A stretch of 59,975 bases of DNA, counting the filler, from Deltaproteobacteria bacterium (GTDB taxonomy: Bacteria; Myxococcota; JACRCW01): NCBI GenBank assembly GCA_016218805.1. It is 3 parts of 3 records of this genome, joined end to end, with 100 filler letters (N's around TTAATTAATTAA, not from the genome) between each part and the next. Parts side by side here need not be neighbours in the genome. Positions count along the whole stretch, not along the records: positions 1 to 27,904 come from JACRCW010000017.1; 2 more parts are not named here. One strand, given 5' to 3'. Positions 9,370-19,253 of the stretch are shown here, one piece after another. How positions within the stretch are numbered: the first letter of the stretch is position 1; the number at the start of each line of letters is the position of its first letter. The notes under the pieces were generated by a model that did not search any database, was not told the DNA's origin, and saw only the letters and a list, made by a program, of their open reading frames with translations. The position numbers and the translations under genes were made by a program.

Positions 9370-9786
9370 ATGGCGGGATACTCGGGGACGCCGCTGCCCA
9401 GGAAGCTGGGCATCAAGGACGGGCACCGCGTGTTGTTCTTGGGCGCACCGGCGGGGTTTGCGGACACGCTGCAACCGCTGCCGGACGGCGTCACCCTGCT
9501 GACCCGCGCGGGCACCGGCCCGTATGACGTCATGGTGGCGTTCCTCAAGACGCGCGTGGAGCTGGCGGCGGCGGTGGACAACCTCAAGCCGCGCATGGAT
9601 CCGGCCGCGGGCCTGTGGGTGGCGTGGCCCAAGAAGGCCAGCGGCGTGGTCACCGAGCTGACCGAGGACCTGGTGCGCCTGGCCGGCCTGGAGGCGGGGC
9701 TGGTGGACAACAAGGTGTGCGCCATTGACGAGACGTGGAGCGGCCTGCGGCTGGTGGTCCGCAAGCGGGACCGCCCCAGGCGGTGA
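9370..9786 (+). CDS. DUF3052 family protein
   Basis: MAGYSGTPLPRKLGIK, WVAWPKKAS, GLVDNKVCAIDETWSGLR. Confidence 0.85.
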   Translation: MAGYSGTPLPRKLGIKDGHRVLFLGAPAGFADTLQPLPDGVTLLTRAGTGPYDVMVAFLKTRVELAAAVDNLKPRMDPAAGLWVAWPKKASGVVTELTEDLVRLAGLEAGLVDNKVCAIDETWSGLRLVVRKRDRPRR

Positions 9787-9813
9787 GGTGGCGCGCCCCG
9801 CATGGTGCGCAGG

Positions 9814-10857
9814 TCACCGCGCGAGATGGATCCGCCGCACCAGCCCGGCGGCAACCTGGCCGGGCAGCAGCACCTCATCCACGGCGCCGCGGCGGATGGC
9901 GCTGGCAGGCATGCTGGAGACCACGCAGGTGGACGGCTCCTGGGCCACCGTGAAGGCACCGGCCGCCCGCAGCGCGGCCAGTCCGGCCGCGCCGTCCTCG
10001 CCCATCCCCGTGAGCAGCACGCCCACGGCGGACCGCGGGAGGGCGCGGGCCGCGGTCTCAAACAGCACGTCAATGGACGGGCGGTGGAACCCGCGCGGCG
10101 GACCCACGCCGGGCCGCACGCCGGACCCCACCAGCTCCAGGTGCGCGTCGTCAGGAGCCAGGTAGACGCGGCCGGGCTGCAACAGCGTGGGCTGCTGCAC
10201 CACCTCCACCAGCTGCCCCGTGGTCTCGCGCAGCCACTGCCCCAGCGCCACCCCAAAGCCCTGCGCCACGTGCTGCACAATGACCACGGGCGCACCAAAC
10301 GGGCGGGGAAGCTCCCGCAGGATGGACTGCAGCAGCGGCGGGCCACCGGTGGACGCGCCCAGCAGGACCAGGCCGCCCTGGGCGCGGGTGGGCGGGGGCG
10401 CGGACGCCGGGGCGAGGGGCGGCACGGCCCGCCGCCGCGTCACCAGCGGCACGGTGGCCAGCGCGCCCAGGACGCGCACCAGTCGGCGGCGGGCGTCTTC
10501 GTAGTCCGGGTGCGTGGCGGCCACCGGGCGGGCCAGCACGTCCAGCGCGCCCGCCTCCATGGCGCGGAAGGCCAGGCCGGGTTCGCTGACCGACAGGCTG
10601 GTGACCACGACGACGGGAACAGGGCGGGCGGCCATGATCCGTGCGGTCAGCTCCACGCCGTCTTCCCGGCCCAGGTGCACGTCCATGGTGACCAGATCCG
10701 GGCGCACCGCTTCCAGCCGCTCCAGCGCTTCGTCACCGTTGCGGGCCTCCGCCACCACCCGCAGGGGACTGCCGGGCGCCTCCATGGCGCGGCGCAACGC
10801 GGCGCGCGCGGTGGCCGAGTCATCCACGATGAGCACGGTGAGTGGAGGAGACGGCAT
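9814..10857 (-). CDS. cheB: Chemotaxis methylesterase CheB (REC + methylesterase)
   Basis: REC (LIVDDS, TMDVHL); Ser-His-Asp motifs GASTGGP, VQHV, LTGMGEDGA; RPSIDVLF. Confidence 0.93.
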   Translation of the reverse strand: MPSPPLTVLIVDDSATARAALRRAMEAPGSPLRVVAEARNGDEALERLEAVRPDLVTMDVHLGREDGVELTARIMAARPVPVVVVTSLSVSEPGLAFRAMEAGALDVLARPVAATHPDYEDARRRLVRVLGALATVPLVTRRRAVPPLAPASAPPPTRAQGGLVLLGASTGGPPLLQSILRELPRPFGAPVVIVQHVAQGFGVALGQWLRETTGQLVEVVQQPTLLQPGRVYLAPDDAHLELVGSGVRPGVGPPRGFHRPSIDVLFETAARALPRSAVGVLLTGMGEDGAAGLAALRAAGAFTVAQEPSTCVVSSMPASAIRRGAVDEVLLPGQVAAGLVRRIHLAR

Positions 10858-10886
10858 GGGAGCGTCCAGGGAAGCGCGGCTCCCGT

Positions 10887-13010
10887 TCACAGCAGGCGCC
10901 GGACGGCGTCCAGCAGGCTGCGCTGCTCAAACCGGCCCTTGATGATGTACTCGTCCGCGCCGGCGGCGGCGCCCGCCGCCACGTCCTCCGGCCGCTCCAG
11001 GCTGGTCACCAGGATGACGGGGAGTGCGCGGGTGGCGTCCCGGCCGCGCAACGTCCGGGTGAGCTCAATGCCATCCAGCCTGGGCATCTCCACGTCGCTG
11101 ACCACCAGGTCGTAGGAACCGGTCTCCAGCGCCGCCAGCGCCTCCGCGCCGTTGACGGCAACGGCCACCTGGTAGCCGGCGGCGTTGAGGATGTTGCGCA
11201 TGAGCGTCCGGCTGGTGTGCGAATCATCCACGACGAGGATGGACCTGCTGCTGCGTGCCTCCGGCAGCTTGGGCGCGTCCCCGCTGGTCTCCCGGGCGCC
11301 GGCGGAGAACAGGTGGCCCACGTCAACCACCCCCGCCACGGTGCCGTCACCCAGGACCACCGCCCCGGCAATGCCGGGCACCCGCCCCACGTTCCACGGC
11401 AGGCGCTTGGTGACAAACTCGGCTTCACCCAGCAGGCGGTCCACCACCAGGCCCAGCTCGCGGTGGCCGTCCGTGACCTGCACAACCACGAGCAGCGCGG
11501 GATCCGGGCCGCGCGGGGCGTCCATCACGCTGCTCAGCCAGCGCAGGGGCAGCGGTTCACGCCCGTCGCGTTCCACCACCGTGGCGCCGTTGGCGCGGGA
11601 CACCCGCTCGGCCGGCACGCGCGTGGTGCGGGCAATGGCTGCCAGGGGCAGCGCGTACTGCTCCTGGCCCGCTTCCACCAGCAGGCCTTTGGTGGACACC
11701 AGGCTGGCGGGCAGCGTCAGGCGCACCGTGGTGCCGCAGCCCCCGGGGCCCGGCTCCACCGTGACGGTGCCGCCAAACTCGGTCACCCGGCTGCGCACGA
11801 CGTCCAGCCCCACGCCGCGGCCGCTCAGGCGGCTGACCTGGGTGGCGGTGGAGAAGCCGGGCGCAAACAGCAGCCCCACCAGCAGCGCGCGGTCCGCGGT
11901 GCTGGCGGCGGAGGCGTCCAGCAGCCCGCGCTCCACGGCGCGGCGGGCCACCGCGGTGAGGTCCACGCCACGCCCGTCGTCACTGATCAGGATTTCCAGC
12001 TGCGTTCCCACGGAGCGCGCGCGCACGGTCACCGCCGCAGTGGGGCTCTTGCCGGCCGCCTGCCGTTCCGCCGGGGGCTCCACGCCGTGGTCCAGGGCGT
12101 TGCGGAGCAGGTGCATCAGCGGGTCACGCATTCCATCAAGGATCTGCCGGTCAATCTCCAGGTCACCCACGTCCGCGGTGAACTGCACCTGCTTGTTCAC
12201 CTGTTCGGCAATCTCAAACACAATGCGCCGCCACAGCGGCACCACGCGGGCCAGCGGCTGCATGCGGAGCGTCTTGATGGCGGTCCCAAAGCTGCCGGTG
12301 AGCTGCCCCAGGTGGCGCAGCTGCTTGCGATCCAACTGGACCAGGGCGTCCAGCTGCCGGGCCACGGGCGCCAGGGCCCGCCGCGAGGGTTCGGGCATTC
12401 CCTTGAGCGCGTCCTGGAAGGACTCCGCCAGGCCCTCCCAGCGCGCGTGGCTCGTGGTGCGCTGGCTCAGCAGGGCCAGGTACTCGCCGCCGAATCCCAT
12501 GAGCCGGTCCAGGCGGTCGGTGTCCACCCGGACCAGCGCGCGGGCGCCAGCCGCCGGCTCGGCCGGGGCCGGTTCTGCGGCGGGGGTTGCCCCGGAGGCG
12601 GGCGCGGGCTGCACCGGTGAGGTGGACGCGCGGCGCTCCGCCACGCGCTGGACCAGGTCCAGCGCCGCATCCTCCACGGGATTGCCGTCCGTCAGGCCCT
12701 GGATGAGCGTGGCGCCACGGCGCAGCTCCGCCAGGAACTCCGCGGTGGGCTGCTGCACGGCGTCACGCAGCGGGACCAGGGCGTCCTCCAGCGCATGCGC
12801 CAGCAGCTCGGTGGTCCCGTGGCCCACGGCGCGTGCCGCGCCCTTCACGTTGTGCACAATCCGGAACGCGCCCTGCAGCCGGTTGCGGAGTTCGCCGTGG
12901 CTGGGCTTCAACGCCAGCGCATCCAGCAGCTGGTGGAACTCGTCCAGCGCCTCGGCAACCTCCTCACGGAAGGTGGCAAGCAGGTCCTGGTCGGTGGGCA
13001 ACATCGGCAT
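10887..13010 (-). CDS. cheA: Hybrid CheA (Hpt, HATPase, CheW, REC), WspE/FrzE-like
   Basis: HNVKGAA Hpt, HLLRNALDHG, DDGRG, SGRGVGLDVV, CheW-like domain, C-terminal REC (VVDDS, SDVEMP). Confidence 0.94.
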   Translation of the reverse strand: MPMLPTDQDLLATFREEVAEALDEFHQLLDALALKPSHGELRNRLQGAFRIVHNVKGAARAVGHGTTELLAHALEDALVPLRDAVQQPTAEFLAELRRGATLIQGLTDGNPVEDAALDLVQRVAERRASTSPVQPAPASGATPAAEPAPAEPAAGARALVRVDTDRLDRLMGFGGEYLALLSQRTTSHARWEGLAESFQDALKGMPEPSRRALAPVARQLDALVQLDRKQLRHLGQLTGSFGTAIKTLRMQPLARVVPLWRRIVFEIAEQVNKQVQFTADVGDLEIDRQILDGMRDPLMHLLRNALDHGVEPPAERQAAGKSPTAAVTVRARSVGTQLEILISDDGRGVDLTAVARRAVERGLLDASAASTADRALLVGLLFAPGFSTATQVSRLSGRGVGLDVVRSRVTEFGGTVTVEPGPGGCGTTVRLTLPASLVSTKGLLVEAGQEQYALPLAAIARTTRVPAERVSRANGATVVERDGREPLPLRWLSSVMDAPRGPDPALLVVVQVTDGHRELGLVVDRLLGEAEFVTKRLPWNVGRVPGIAGAVVLGDGTVAGVVDVGHLFSAGARETSGDAPKLPEARSSRSILVVDDSHTSRTLMRNILNAAGYQVAVAVNGAEALAALETGSYDLVVSDVEMPRLDGIELTRTLRGRDATRALPVILVTSLERPEDVAAGAAAGADEYIIKGRFEQRSLLDAVRRLL

Positions 13011-13011
13011 C

Positions 13012-13518
13012 TCAGGCTCGGATGAGGTCGGCGTGGTTGAGCAGCGCCCGCAGGTCAAGGATGGCCATCAGGTCGTGGGTGACCGCCTGGATGGGCCGGT
13101 TGTCCACCCGCTCCGGCGGGGCCGCCGGCAGCTCGTCCGCGTAGACGTCACGGAAACCCAGCACGCGCTCCACGCCCAGGCCCAGCGCCCCGGCGGATCC
13201 CTCCACCAGGACCAGGCAGCCGCGTTCCGCCGAGCGCGCCATCCCGAACCAGCTGGCAAGATCGACGACGGCCACCAGTTCGCCGCGGATCTGCGTCATG
13301 CCGCGCATCCACGCGGACATCCGCGGCAGGCGCGTGACCGGCGGCATGGGGATGATCTCCAGCGTGCCCTGCGCCGGAATGCCAAAACGCTCTCCGCCCA
13401 CGGAAACCACCGCAACCCGGTCAGCCACGCGGCGCACCACGTTGCCGGTCCCGCGCCGCGCCAAGCGCTCCTGGCGGCGCTGGAGGATGGCCCGGTCCTT
13501 GTCCGTCAGGGCGTTCAT
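13012..13518 (-). CDS. cheW: CheW adaptor
   Basis: GGERFGIP, VTRLP, RGELVAVVDL, LGVERVLG. Confidence 0.88.
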   Translation of the reverse strand: MNALTDKDRAILQRRQERLARRGTGNVVRRVADRVAVVSVGGERFGIPAQGTLEIIPMPPVTRLPRMSAWMRGMTQIRGELVAVVDLASWFGMARSAERGCLVLVEGSAGALGLGVERVLGFRDVYADELPAAPPERVDNRPIQAVTHDLMAILDLRALLNHADLIRA

Positions 13519-14852
13519 GAAAGGCTCTCCCTCAGGAAGCGCGCCGAGTCGGCGAGTTCCTCGACGGTGGTCTGCTGGTCTTCCACGCGCTCAGCCGCGC
13601 CACGCGCCGCGAGCTGGCGCTCCACGTCCAGCAGCATCTGCCGTGCCCGGGCCCGGTCACCCGCCGCGGCCAGCGCCGACGCGTACCAGTAGCGGTGCAG
13701 CATCCCGCCGGGAGCCAGGTAGACGGCACGCCGCAGCGCGGACGTTGCCTCGGTGAGCTCGCCGGTTGCCACATGCAGCTGTCCACACAGCAGGGCCACG
13801 TCCGCGGACAGCGGGTCCGTGAGGGCCGCGCGGGAGACCAGGGCCAGCGCTTCCGCCAGCTCGCCACGGTCAGCCAGCCGCCGGGCCTCCGCCAGCGCGA
13901 GCGCCACCCCTCCGCCCGGCGGCGGTGCGTCCGGCGCGGGCGTGGCTGCCACCCGGGTCACCGGCGCCGGAGGCGGGACCTTCACGTCGTGGCGTTGCGG
14001 CGGCGCGCCCGGCACCGGGCCTGAGGGCGGCGGCGCCACGGGCAGCCGGGCATCGTCGTCAGCCGGGCGGAAGGCCGCCACTCCGGGAGCGGCTACCCGC
14101 GTGAACAGCTCGCGCGGGGGGAAGGGGTCCGCGCTGGCCACGTAGAGGGTGCCGCCGGGACGCATGACCCGCCGGAACTGCCGGTACAGCTGCGCCAGCG
14201 CATCCGCCTCCAGGTAGATGGCCACGTTCCGGAAGAAGATGACGTCCACGGAACCGCTGGCCATGGTTGCGGCATGCTGAGCGAGCCCGCTGCGGTGCCA
14301 GGCAATCCGTTCCAGCAACCGTGGAGCCACCTGCCACGCGTTGGGCTGCAGCGGGAGGAAGTAGCGTTCGCGCAGCTCCGTGCCGACGCCACGGAAGGAC
14401 CACGCCGAGTAGATGCCGGCCCGTGCTTTTGCCAGCGCGTCGGAGTTCACGTCGGTGGCCAGGATGCGCACCCGCGCCGGTGCCGCCGCACCCAGGCGGC
14501 GGTCCAACTCCATGGCAAGGGTGTACGGCTCCTCGCCGCTGGCACAGCCGGCGGACCAGACCACGCACGGCTCCTCCGCGGAACGCCCGGCCAGCAGCGC
14601 GGTGATGATTGAGACCGCATGCTGGATGTCACTGGGGTGCCGGTAGAAATACGTCTCACCGACGGTGACCAGCCCGGCCAGCTCATCCAGCAGGTGGGGC
14701 TCCGCGTCCAGCCGGCCGTGGAGCGTCCCCGCATCCAGGCCGTGCCGGCGGCATACTTCCTCCACGGCGCGTGACAGCTCCCTTGACCAGCTGGGGCGTG
14801 CGGAGAACCCGTAGGCCGCCTGCAGCCGTGCGCCCAGGCCCGCCGCGCTCAT
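13515..14852 (-). CDS. cheR: CheR methyltransferase with C-terminal TPR (WspC/FrzF-like)
   Basis: TVGETYFYR, WSAGCASGEEPYT, IFFRNVAIY, Pro-rich linker, TPR ending LRRAVYLAP. Confidence 0.92.
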   Translation of the reverse strand: MSAAGLGARLQAAYGFSARPSWSRELSRAVEEVCRRHGLDAGTLHGRLDAEPHLLDELAGLVTVGETYFYRHPSDIQHAVSIITALLAGRSAEEPCVVWSAGCASGEEPYTLAMELDRRLGAAAPARVRILATDVNSDALAKARAGIYSAWSFRGVGTELRERYFLPLQPNAWQVAPRLLERIAWHRSGLAQHAATMASGSVDVIFFRNVAIYLEADALAQLYRQFRRVMRPGGTLYVASADPFPPRELFTRVAAPGVAAFRPADDDARLPVAPPPSGPVPGAPPQRHDVKVPPPAPVTRVAATPAPDAPPPGGGVALALAEARRLADRGELAEALALVSRAALTDPLSADVALLCGQLHVATGELTEATSALRRAVYLAPGGMLHRYWYASALAAAGDRARARQMLLDVERQLAARGAAERVEDQQTTVEELADSARFLRESLS

Positions 14853-15424
14853 GCGGTCACCGGCGCCTTGTCCGCCACCGGGCCGTCCCCCGCGGCTGCG
14901 GGCACGTCAGAACTGGCAACCAGGACGGCCAGGCTGAACAGGAGCAGCGGCCGCGGCGCGCACGCCACCACGCCAGCCAGATAGGGCCCCATGGGGACAC
15001 CCGGCGCCGGCGCGGCAACCTGGGCGGGGTCCACGCGCTCCAGGCCAATCACGTCCTGGACCAGCAACCCCACCGGCGCGCCCCGATCCGTGGACAGGAT
15101 GATGAAGTCACCCATGAGCGGTGCACGCGCGCGCCGCCGGATGCGGGCCTCCACGTCAATCACCGGCACGTGCCGGCCGTTGATGCCCAGCAGGCCGCTC
15201 ACCCACGGGGGGGCCTCGGGCAACAGACCCAGCTCCACCCGCGGCAGCACCTCGCGCACCTCGTCCAGCAGGAAGGCAACGTGCTCGCCGCCCACCACGC
15301 AGCGGAGCACGTCAAAAGGCTCCGCGGGCAGACCGGTGGGCTGCTCGGCGCCTGCGAGCCGCCGCTGCAGGTCGTAGAGCTGCTGGCGCAGCGCCTCCAC
15401 TTCTCTCCGAAGATCGCCGTCCAC
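14849..15424 (-). CDS. cheW: CheW adaptor with N-terminal coiled coil
   Basis: VREVLP, LPEAPPWVSGLLGINGRHVPVID; GTG start at 15424 with AGGAG RBS. Confidence 0.85.
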   Translation of the reverse strand: MDGDLRREVEALRQQLYDLQRRLAGAEQPTGLPAEPFDVLRCVVGGEHVAFLLDEVREVLPRVELGLLPEAPPWVSGLLGINGRHVPVIDVEARIRRRARAPLMGDFIILSTDRGAPVGLLVQDVIGLERVDPAQVAAPAPGVPMGPYLAGVVACAPRPLLLFSLAVLVASSDVPAAAGDGPVADKAPVTA

Positions 15425-15459
15425 GCGCGTCTCCTGTGCCGTGGCCCACCCGGCCCGGG

Positions 15460-15849
15460 TCAGGCAGCCCTGGGGCCCTTGCCCGCCCCGTCGAGGATCC
15501 GGTTGATGGTGGCGCGCAACTCGCGCTCCGGGGTCCCCTTGGGCAGCACGCCCGCCGCGCCAATCTCCTTGGCCGCCGCCTCCAGCCGCGCCATGGGCTG
15601 GGACGAATGCAGCAGGATGGGCGTGGGCCGCGACTCGCACTTGCGGACGAAGTGCGCGAACGCGACGCCGGAAAGTGCGGGCATTTCCAGGTCCAGGATG
15701 ATGGCGTCCGGCTGCTGGCTGCGCATGAAGCTCGGGAGGTCCGCAAAGTTCTTGAGGTCGCAGACCACGTGGTCATCCCGCGCAAGGATGTTGGCCAGTG
15801 ACTGGGTGATGGTGGGACTGTCGTCGACGATGAGAATGCGTGCCATCAT
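15460..15849 (-). CDS. Single-domain response regulator (CheY-like)
   Basis: ILIVDDS, IILDLEMP, HSS and K conserved; no output domain. Confidence 0.88.
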   Translation of the reverse strand: MMARILIVDDSPTITQSLANILARDDHVVCDLKNFADLPSFMRSQQPDAIILDLEMPALSGVAFAHFVRKCESRPTPILLHSSQPMARLEAAAKEIGAAGVLPKGTPERELRATINRILDGAGKGPRAA

Positions 15850-15869
15850 GCGTGTTCCTCCGCGTCCCT

Positions 15870-17528
15870 TCACGCGCTGCGGGTCAGACGGTATTCGCCG
15901 GCCAGTGCGCGCATGCGGCCGCCCACCTCCGCCAGCGCCGCGGCCGCCGCTTCAAGCTGGCGCACCCCGCTCAGGTTGTCCTCGCCGGACTTGCGGACGT
16001 CCTCAATGGCCTGGGCAATCTGCCCAATGCCGGCGGCCTGCTGGCTGGCGGCACCGGCAATCTGGCGCGCCCGGTCCGTGCTCTGGTCCAGCACCGCCGC
16101 CAGCTCCTCCACAACGGTGCGCACCGACTCAATGGCGCCGCGCCCGTCCTGCGAGCGCTTGGTGCCCTCCTCCGCCGCCATCACCAGGCCCTCGGTGGCC
16201 TTCTGGATCTCCGTCAGGATGCTGCGGATCTGGTGCGTGGCGCGCTTGCTCTGCTCCGCCAGGCTGCGCACCTCGCTGGCCACCACACCAAAGCCCCGGC
16301 CGCCCTCGCCCGCCTTGGCCGCCTCAATGCTGGCGTTCACCGCCAGCAGGTTGGACTGCTCGGCCAGGTCATTCACGCTCTCCACAATCTCGCCAATCTG
16401 CAGGTTCTTCTCGCTGAGCTGGAGGATGCGCGAGGCGATGGCCTCCACGCGACTCCCCACCACCTCCGTCATGCGCACCGCCTGGGTGATGGCATCCAGG
16501 CCGCGGCGGCCGCTGGCCACCGCTTGCTCCGCCGCCTGCTCCACCTGCCGCGCAGCCACGGCGGCCGCCTCGCTGGTCTGGCGGATCTCCGCCACGGTGG
16601 TGCTCACTTCCGCCACCGCCGTGGCCTGCTGCTGCGCGCTGGCGGAGTACTGCCGCGCGGTGGCCGTCACCTGCGCGGAGTTGGCGGCCAGGTCACCGGC
16701 ACCGCGCTGCATGTTCTCCATGGCCCGCCGCAGGTTCTCGCGCATGCGGAGGAACGCCTTGCGCAGGACGCCAATCTCGTCGGCGCGCTCGTCGTCCTCC
16801 AGTTCCTCGCGCTCCACCACCAGGTTGCCCTCCGCAATGCGGCCGGACAGGGTGGCCACCTCAACCACCGGCCGCGTGATGGAGCGCGCAAATACCAGTC
16901 CAATGATGACGGACAGGATGACGGCCAGCAGCGCGGCAAGGGACAGCCACCACAGGTATTCGGCGCCGTCGCTCCGGAGCGTGGCCACCTCGCGCTCAAT
17001 GGTCTGCTGCAGGAGCCCCTCCGCGTCGTCCGCCACCGCCTCAAAGCGGGCAAACTCGGCGTCAAACGCATCATCCGCCTTGGAGCCGGGCGCACTCCCT
17101 TCCGCCCGGTGTTCCACGCGCGTGCGCCCCGCGGCCTCAATCGCCACCAGGCGCTCACGCACCCGCTCCAACCTTTCACGCACCGCCGGGTCGGTGACCG
17201 CCTGGTAGACGCCCTCCCTGTTCTTGCCCCCGTGCAACAGGGCGTCCACGTACCACCGCGCTTCTTCAAACGACGCCCACACCTGGCCCACGTCCTCAGA
17301 CGTGTCCCCCGAGAGGATCTCCTCAAGCCGCAGGTGGGCCCGCAGAGCGGCGAGCCGCACTTCCATGGTGGCGTCCACCTGCGGCGTCAGCTGCTCGGCA
17401 AGGACCACCCCCTGGTGGTTCATGGCGCGCGTGAACCGCACGCCGGCGATGCCGGTGAGGGCCACGAGCAGGGCCATGAACAGGTAGGACAACAGCAGTT
17501 TCGGGCCAAGCCCGAGTCGCTTGAACAT
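15870..17528 (-). CDS. Methyl-accepting chemotaxis protein (2 TM, periplasmic sensor, HAMP)
   Basis: Two TM helices, HAMP (DEIGVL), signalling tip [40 protein letters not shown]. Confidence 0.95.
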   Translation of the reverse strand: MFKRLGLGPKLLLSYLFMALLVALTGIAGVRFTRAMNHQGVVLAEQLTPQVDATMEVRLAALRAHLRLEEILSGDTSEDVGQVWASFEEARWYVDALLHGGKNREGVYQAVTDPAVRERLERVRERLVAIEAAGRTRVEHRAEGSAPGSKADDAFDAEFARFEAVADDAEGLLQQTIEREVATLRSDGAEYLWWLSLAALLAVILSVIIGLVFARSITRPVVEVATLSGRIAEGNLVVEREELEDDERADEIGVLRKAFLRMRENLRRAMENMQRGAGDLAANSAQVTATARQYSASAQQQATAVAEVSTTVAEIRQTSEAAAVAARQVEQAAEQAVASGRRGLDAITQAVRMTEVVGSRVEAIASRILQLSEKNLQIGEIVESVNDLAEQSNLLAVNASIEAAKAGEGGRGFGVVASEVRSLAEQSKRATHQIRSILTEIQKATEGLVMAAEEGTKRSQDGRGAIESVRTVVEELAAVLDQSTDRARQIAGAASQQAAGIGQIAQAIEDVRKSGEDNLSGVRQLEAAAAALAEVGGRMRALAGEYRLTRSA

Positions 17529-17627
17529 CGCGCCACTCCTTCCGTGGTGCCGCGCACGGGTCGCCAGACGCGTTGGGCGGCCCCGCGGGATGGGTGCCGG
17601 GAGCGCGTCCCATCCGGTGTCCGTGGC

Positions 17628-17642
17628 GCACGCTTCGTGCCA
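17628..17642 (-). promoter_or_regulatory. Sigma54 -24/-12 promoter of the chemosensory operon
   Basis: Minus strand TGGCACGAAGCGTGC, one mismatch to TGGCACG-N4-TTGC, 100 bp upstream of the MCP start. Confidence 0.7.
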
Positions 17643-17714
17643 GCGCGCCGGGCGGATTCACAGGCGTAAGGCAGCCAACGCGCCGCTGCGGTGGCGCAGG
17701 GAGTGTTCCGATAG

Positions 17715-17730
17715 TGAGACATCCGTCTCA
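17715..17730. promoter_or_regulatory. Palindromic activator-binding site candidate
   Basis: Perfect inverted repeat TGAGAC-ATCC-GTCTCA about 75-90 bp upstream of the sigma54 motif. Confidence 0.5.
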
Positions 17731-17947
17731 GAGCGACGACCCTGGGACACCGCATGACGATCCGGAACTCAGCCGCAGGGGCGGGGGAGACCAGTCCGTG
17801 ACGGCAGCCCCCTGGAAGGCCGGTGGCAGGAGCCTGGCGTGCCGCGCACGGGCGTTGCAGCACATGCGCCCGGTGCATCCAGCCGAGGGACCGTGGCAGC
17901 GTGGGCGACAGTTGGGTGACGGCGGTGAAACCGCCGGGGGCGGCCGG

Positions 17948-18496
17948 TCAGAACCCGTCGTTCAGGTAGACTTCCAACACCAGCATGGCCGCACCGGCCG
18001 CGCCAAACAGCAGGCCGCCGACGAGCGCGGTGGTCCCCAGCGCCGCGAACGGATTGATGGATTGACCGGTGCCCGGCAGCGGGATGCCGTCCGCGTTGGC
18101 CTGGATGGGCGCCCAGCCGGTGCCCACCAGTGCCGGGCCCATGAAGGTCACGCCGCCCAGGATGATGCCGGCCACGCCGACGAACATGGAACCCAGGCCC
18201 AGCACGGACAGCGCGCCGTAGCGGCGCTTGGGGCCTTCGTCCTTCTTCTCGGCGGGCTTCTCGTCGGCGGTGGTGGGCGCGGGCGCGGCGGCGGGAGCCG
18301 CTTCCGGCGCGGGGGCGGGCAGCGCGTCGGCGGCGGCGGGCATGGGCGCGGGCTCGCCGGCCACGGCGTCCGTGGCGGGCAGCGCGGCCGGCTGCTCCTG
18401 CGGGGCGGGCGGATCCGCCGGAGGGGCTTCCTCCGCACGGGACATGGCGGGTACCAACAGGACCGCGACCAGCATGGCAGGGAACAGGTTCTTCAT
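17948..18496 (-). CDS. Exported/membrane hypothetical protein
   Basis: Signal peptide (MKNLFPAMLVAVLLVPAMSRA), Pro/Ala linker, two Gly-rich hydrophobic segments; GGAGG RBS. Confidence 0.7.
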   Translation of the reverse strand: MKNLFPAMLVAVLLVPAMSRAEEAPPADPPAPQEQPAALPATDAVAGEPAPMPAAADALPAPAPEAAPAAAPAPTTADEKPAEKKDEGPKRRYGALSVLGLGSMFVGVAGIILGGVTFMGPALVGTGWAPIQANADGIPLPGTGQSINPFAALGTTALVGGLLFGAAGAAMLVLEVYLNDGF

Positions 18497-18628
18497 CGCC
18501 GACCTCCGCGGGGGGGATAACGCGTGCGTGTTTGGCAGGGCCCACGGGCGACGTCAAGGATGGACGCGGGAGGCGGCGCGGACGCGGTGGAACGTGGTAT
18601 CTGCGTCGCCCGGGACGGAGGTGGCGTC

Positions 18629-19252
18629 ATGAAGGTGGTGGTGTTTGGGGCCTCCGGCCGGGTGGGCCGCCTGTTTGTGGACGGGGCGCTCAAGAAGAAC
18701 CACCAGGTCACCTGCTTCACGCGCAACTCCAACAACATCCGCGTGAAGCACAAGAACCTGCGCATCTCCGGCGGCAACGTCAGTGACGACTACGCGGTGC
18801 GCGAGGCAATGCGCGGCCAGGAGCTCGCGGTCGTGTCCTTGGGGGCCAAGGACATCTCCAAGCCGCACTCCGTCAACGCCGACGGGGTGAAGCGCATTGT
18901 GGCCGCCATGGACCTGTTCAAGGTGCCGCGCGTGATCCTGCTGGGCAACGTGGGGCTGCTGCCGCACGCTTCCGGCAAGCTGCAGGGCGAGGTGAGCCTC
19001 CCGCCGTTCCTGCAGTTTGTCTTTGCGGACCAGCGGACGGCGTATGAGACGCTCAAGGAGAGCGGGCTGGACTGGGTGGTGGTGTGCCCGCCGTTCATGC
19101 CGCAGGGCCCGCAGACCGGGAAGTACCGCGTGGTGGTGGAGGCGCCCCTGGAGCGCGCGCAGAGCATCAACGTGGAGGACGTGGTGCATTTCCTGTTGAA
19201 GGAGGCGTTTGAGGCGCCGCACCACAATGTGCGCATCGGGATTGCGTACTGA
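18629..19252 (+). CDS. NAD(P)H-binding oxidoreductase (flavin reductase/BVR-B-like atypical SDR)
   Basis: VVVFGASGRVG Rossmann motif, SGLDWVVVCP, INVEDVVHF; GGAGG RBS. Confidence 0.85.
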   Translation: MKVVVFGASGRVGRLFVDGALKKNHQVTCFTRNSNNIRVKHKNLRISGGNVSDDYAVREAMRGQELAVVSLGAKDISKPHSVNADGVKRIVAAMDLFKVPRVILLGNVGLLPHASGKLQGEVSLPPFLQFVFADQRTAYETLKESGLDWVVVCPPFMPQGPQTGKYRVVVEAPLERAQSINVEDVVHFLLKEAFEAPHHNVRIGIAY

Positions 19253-19253
19253 C

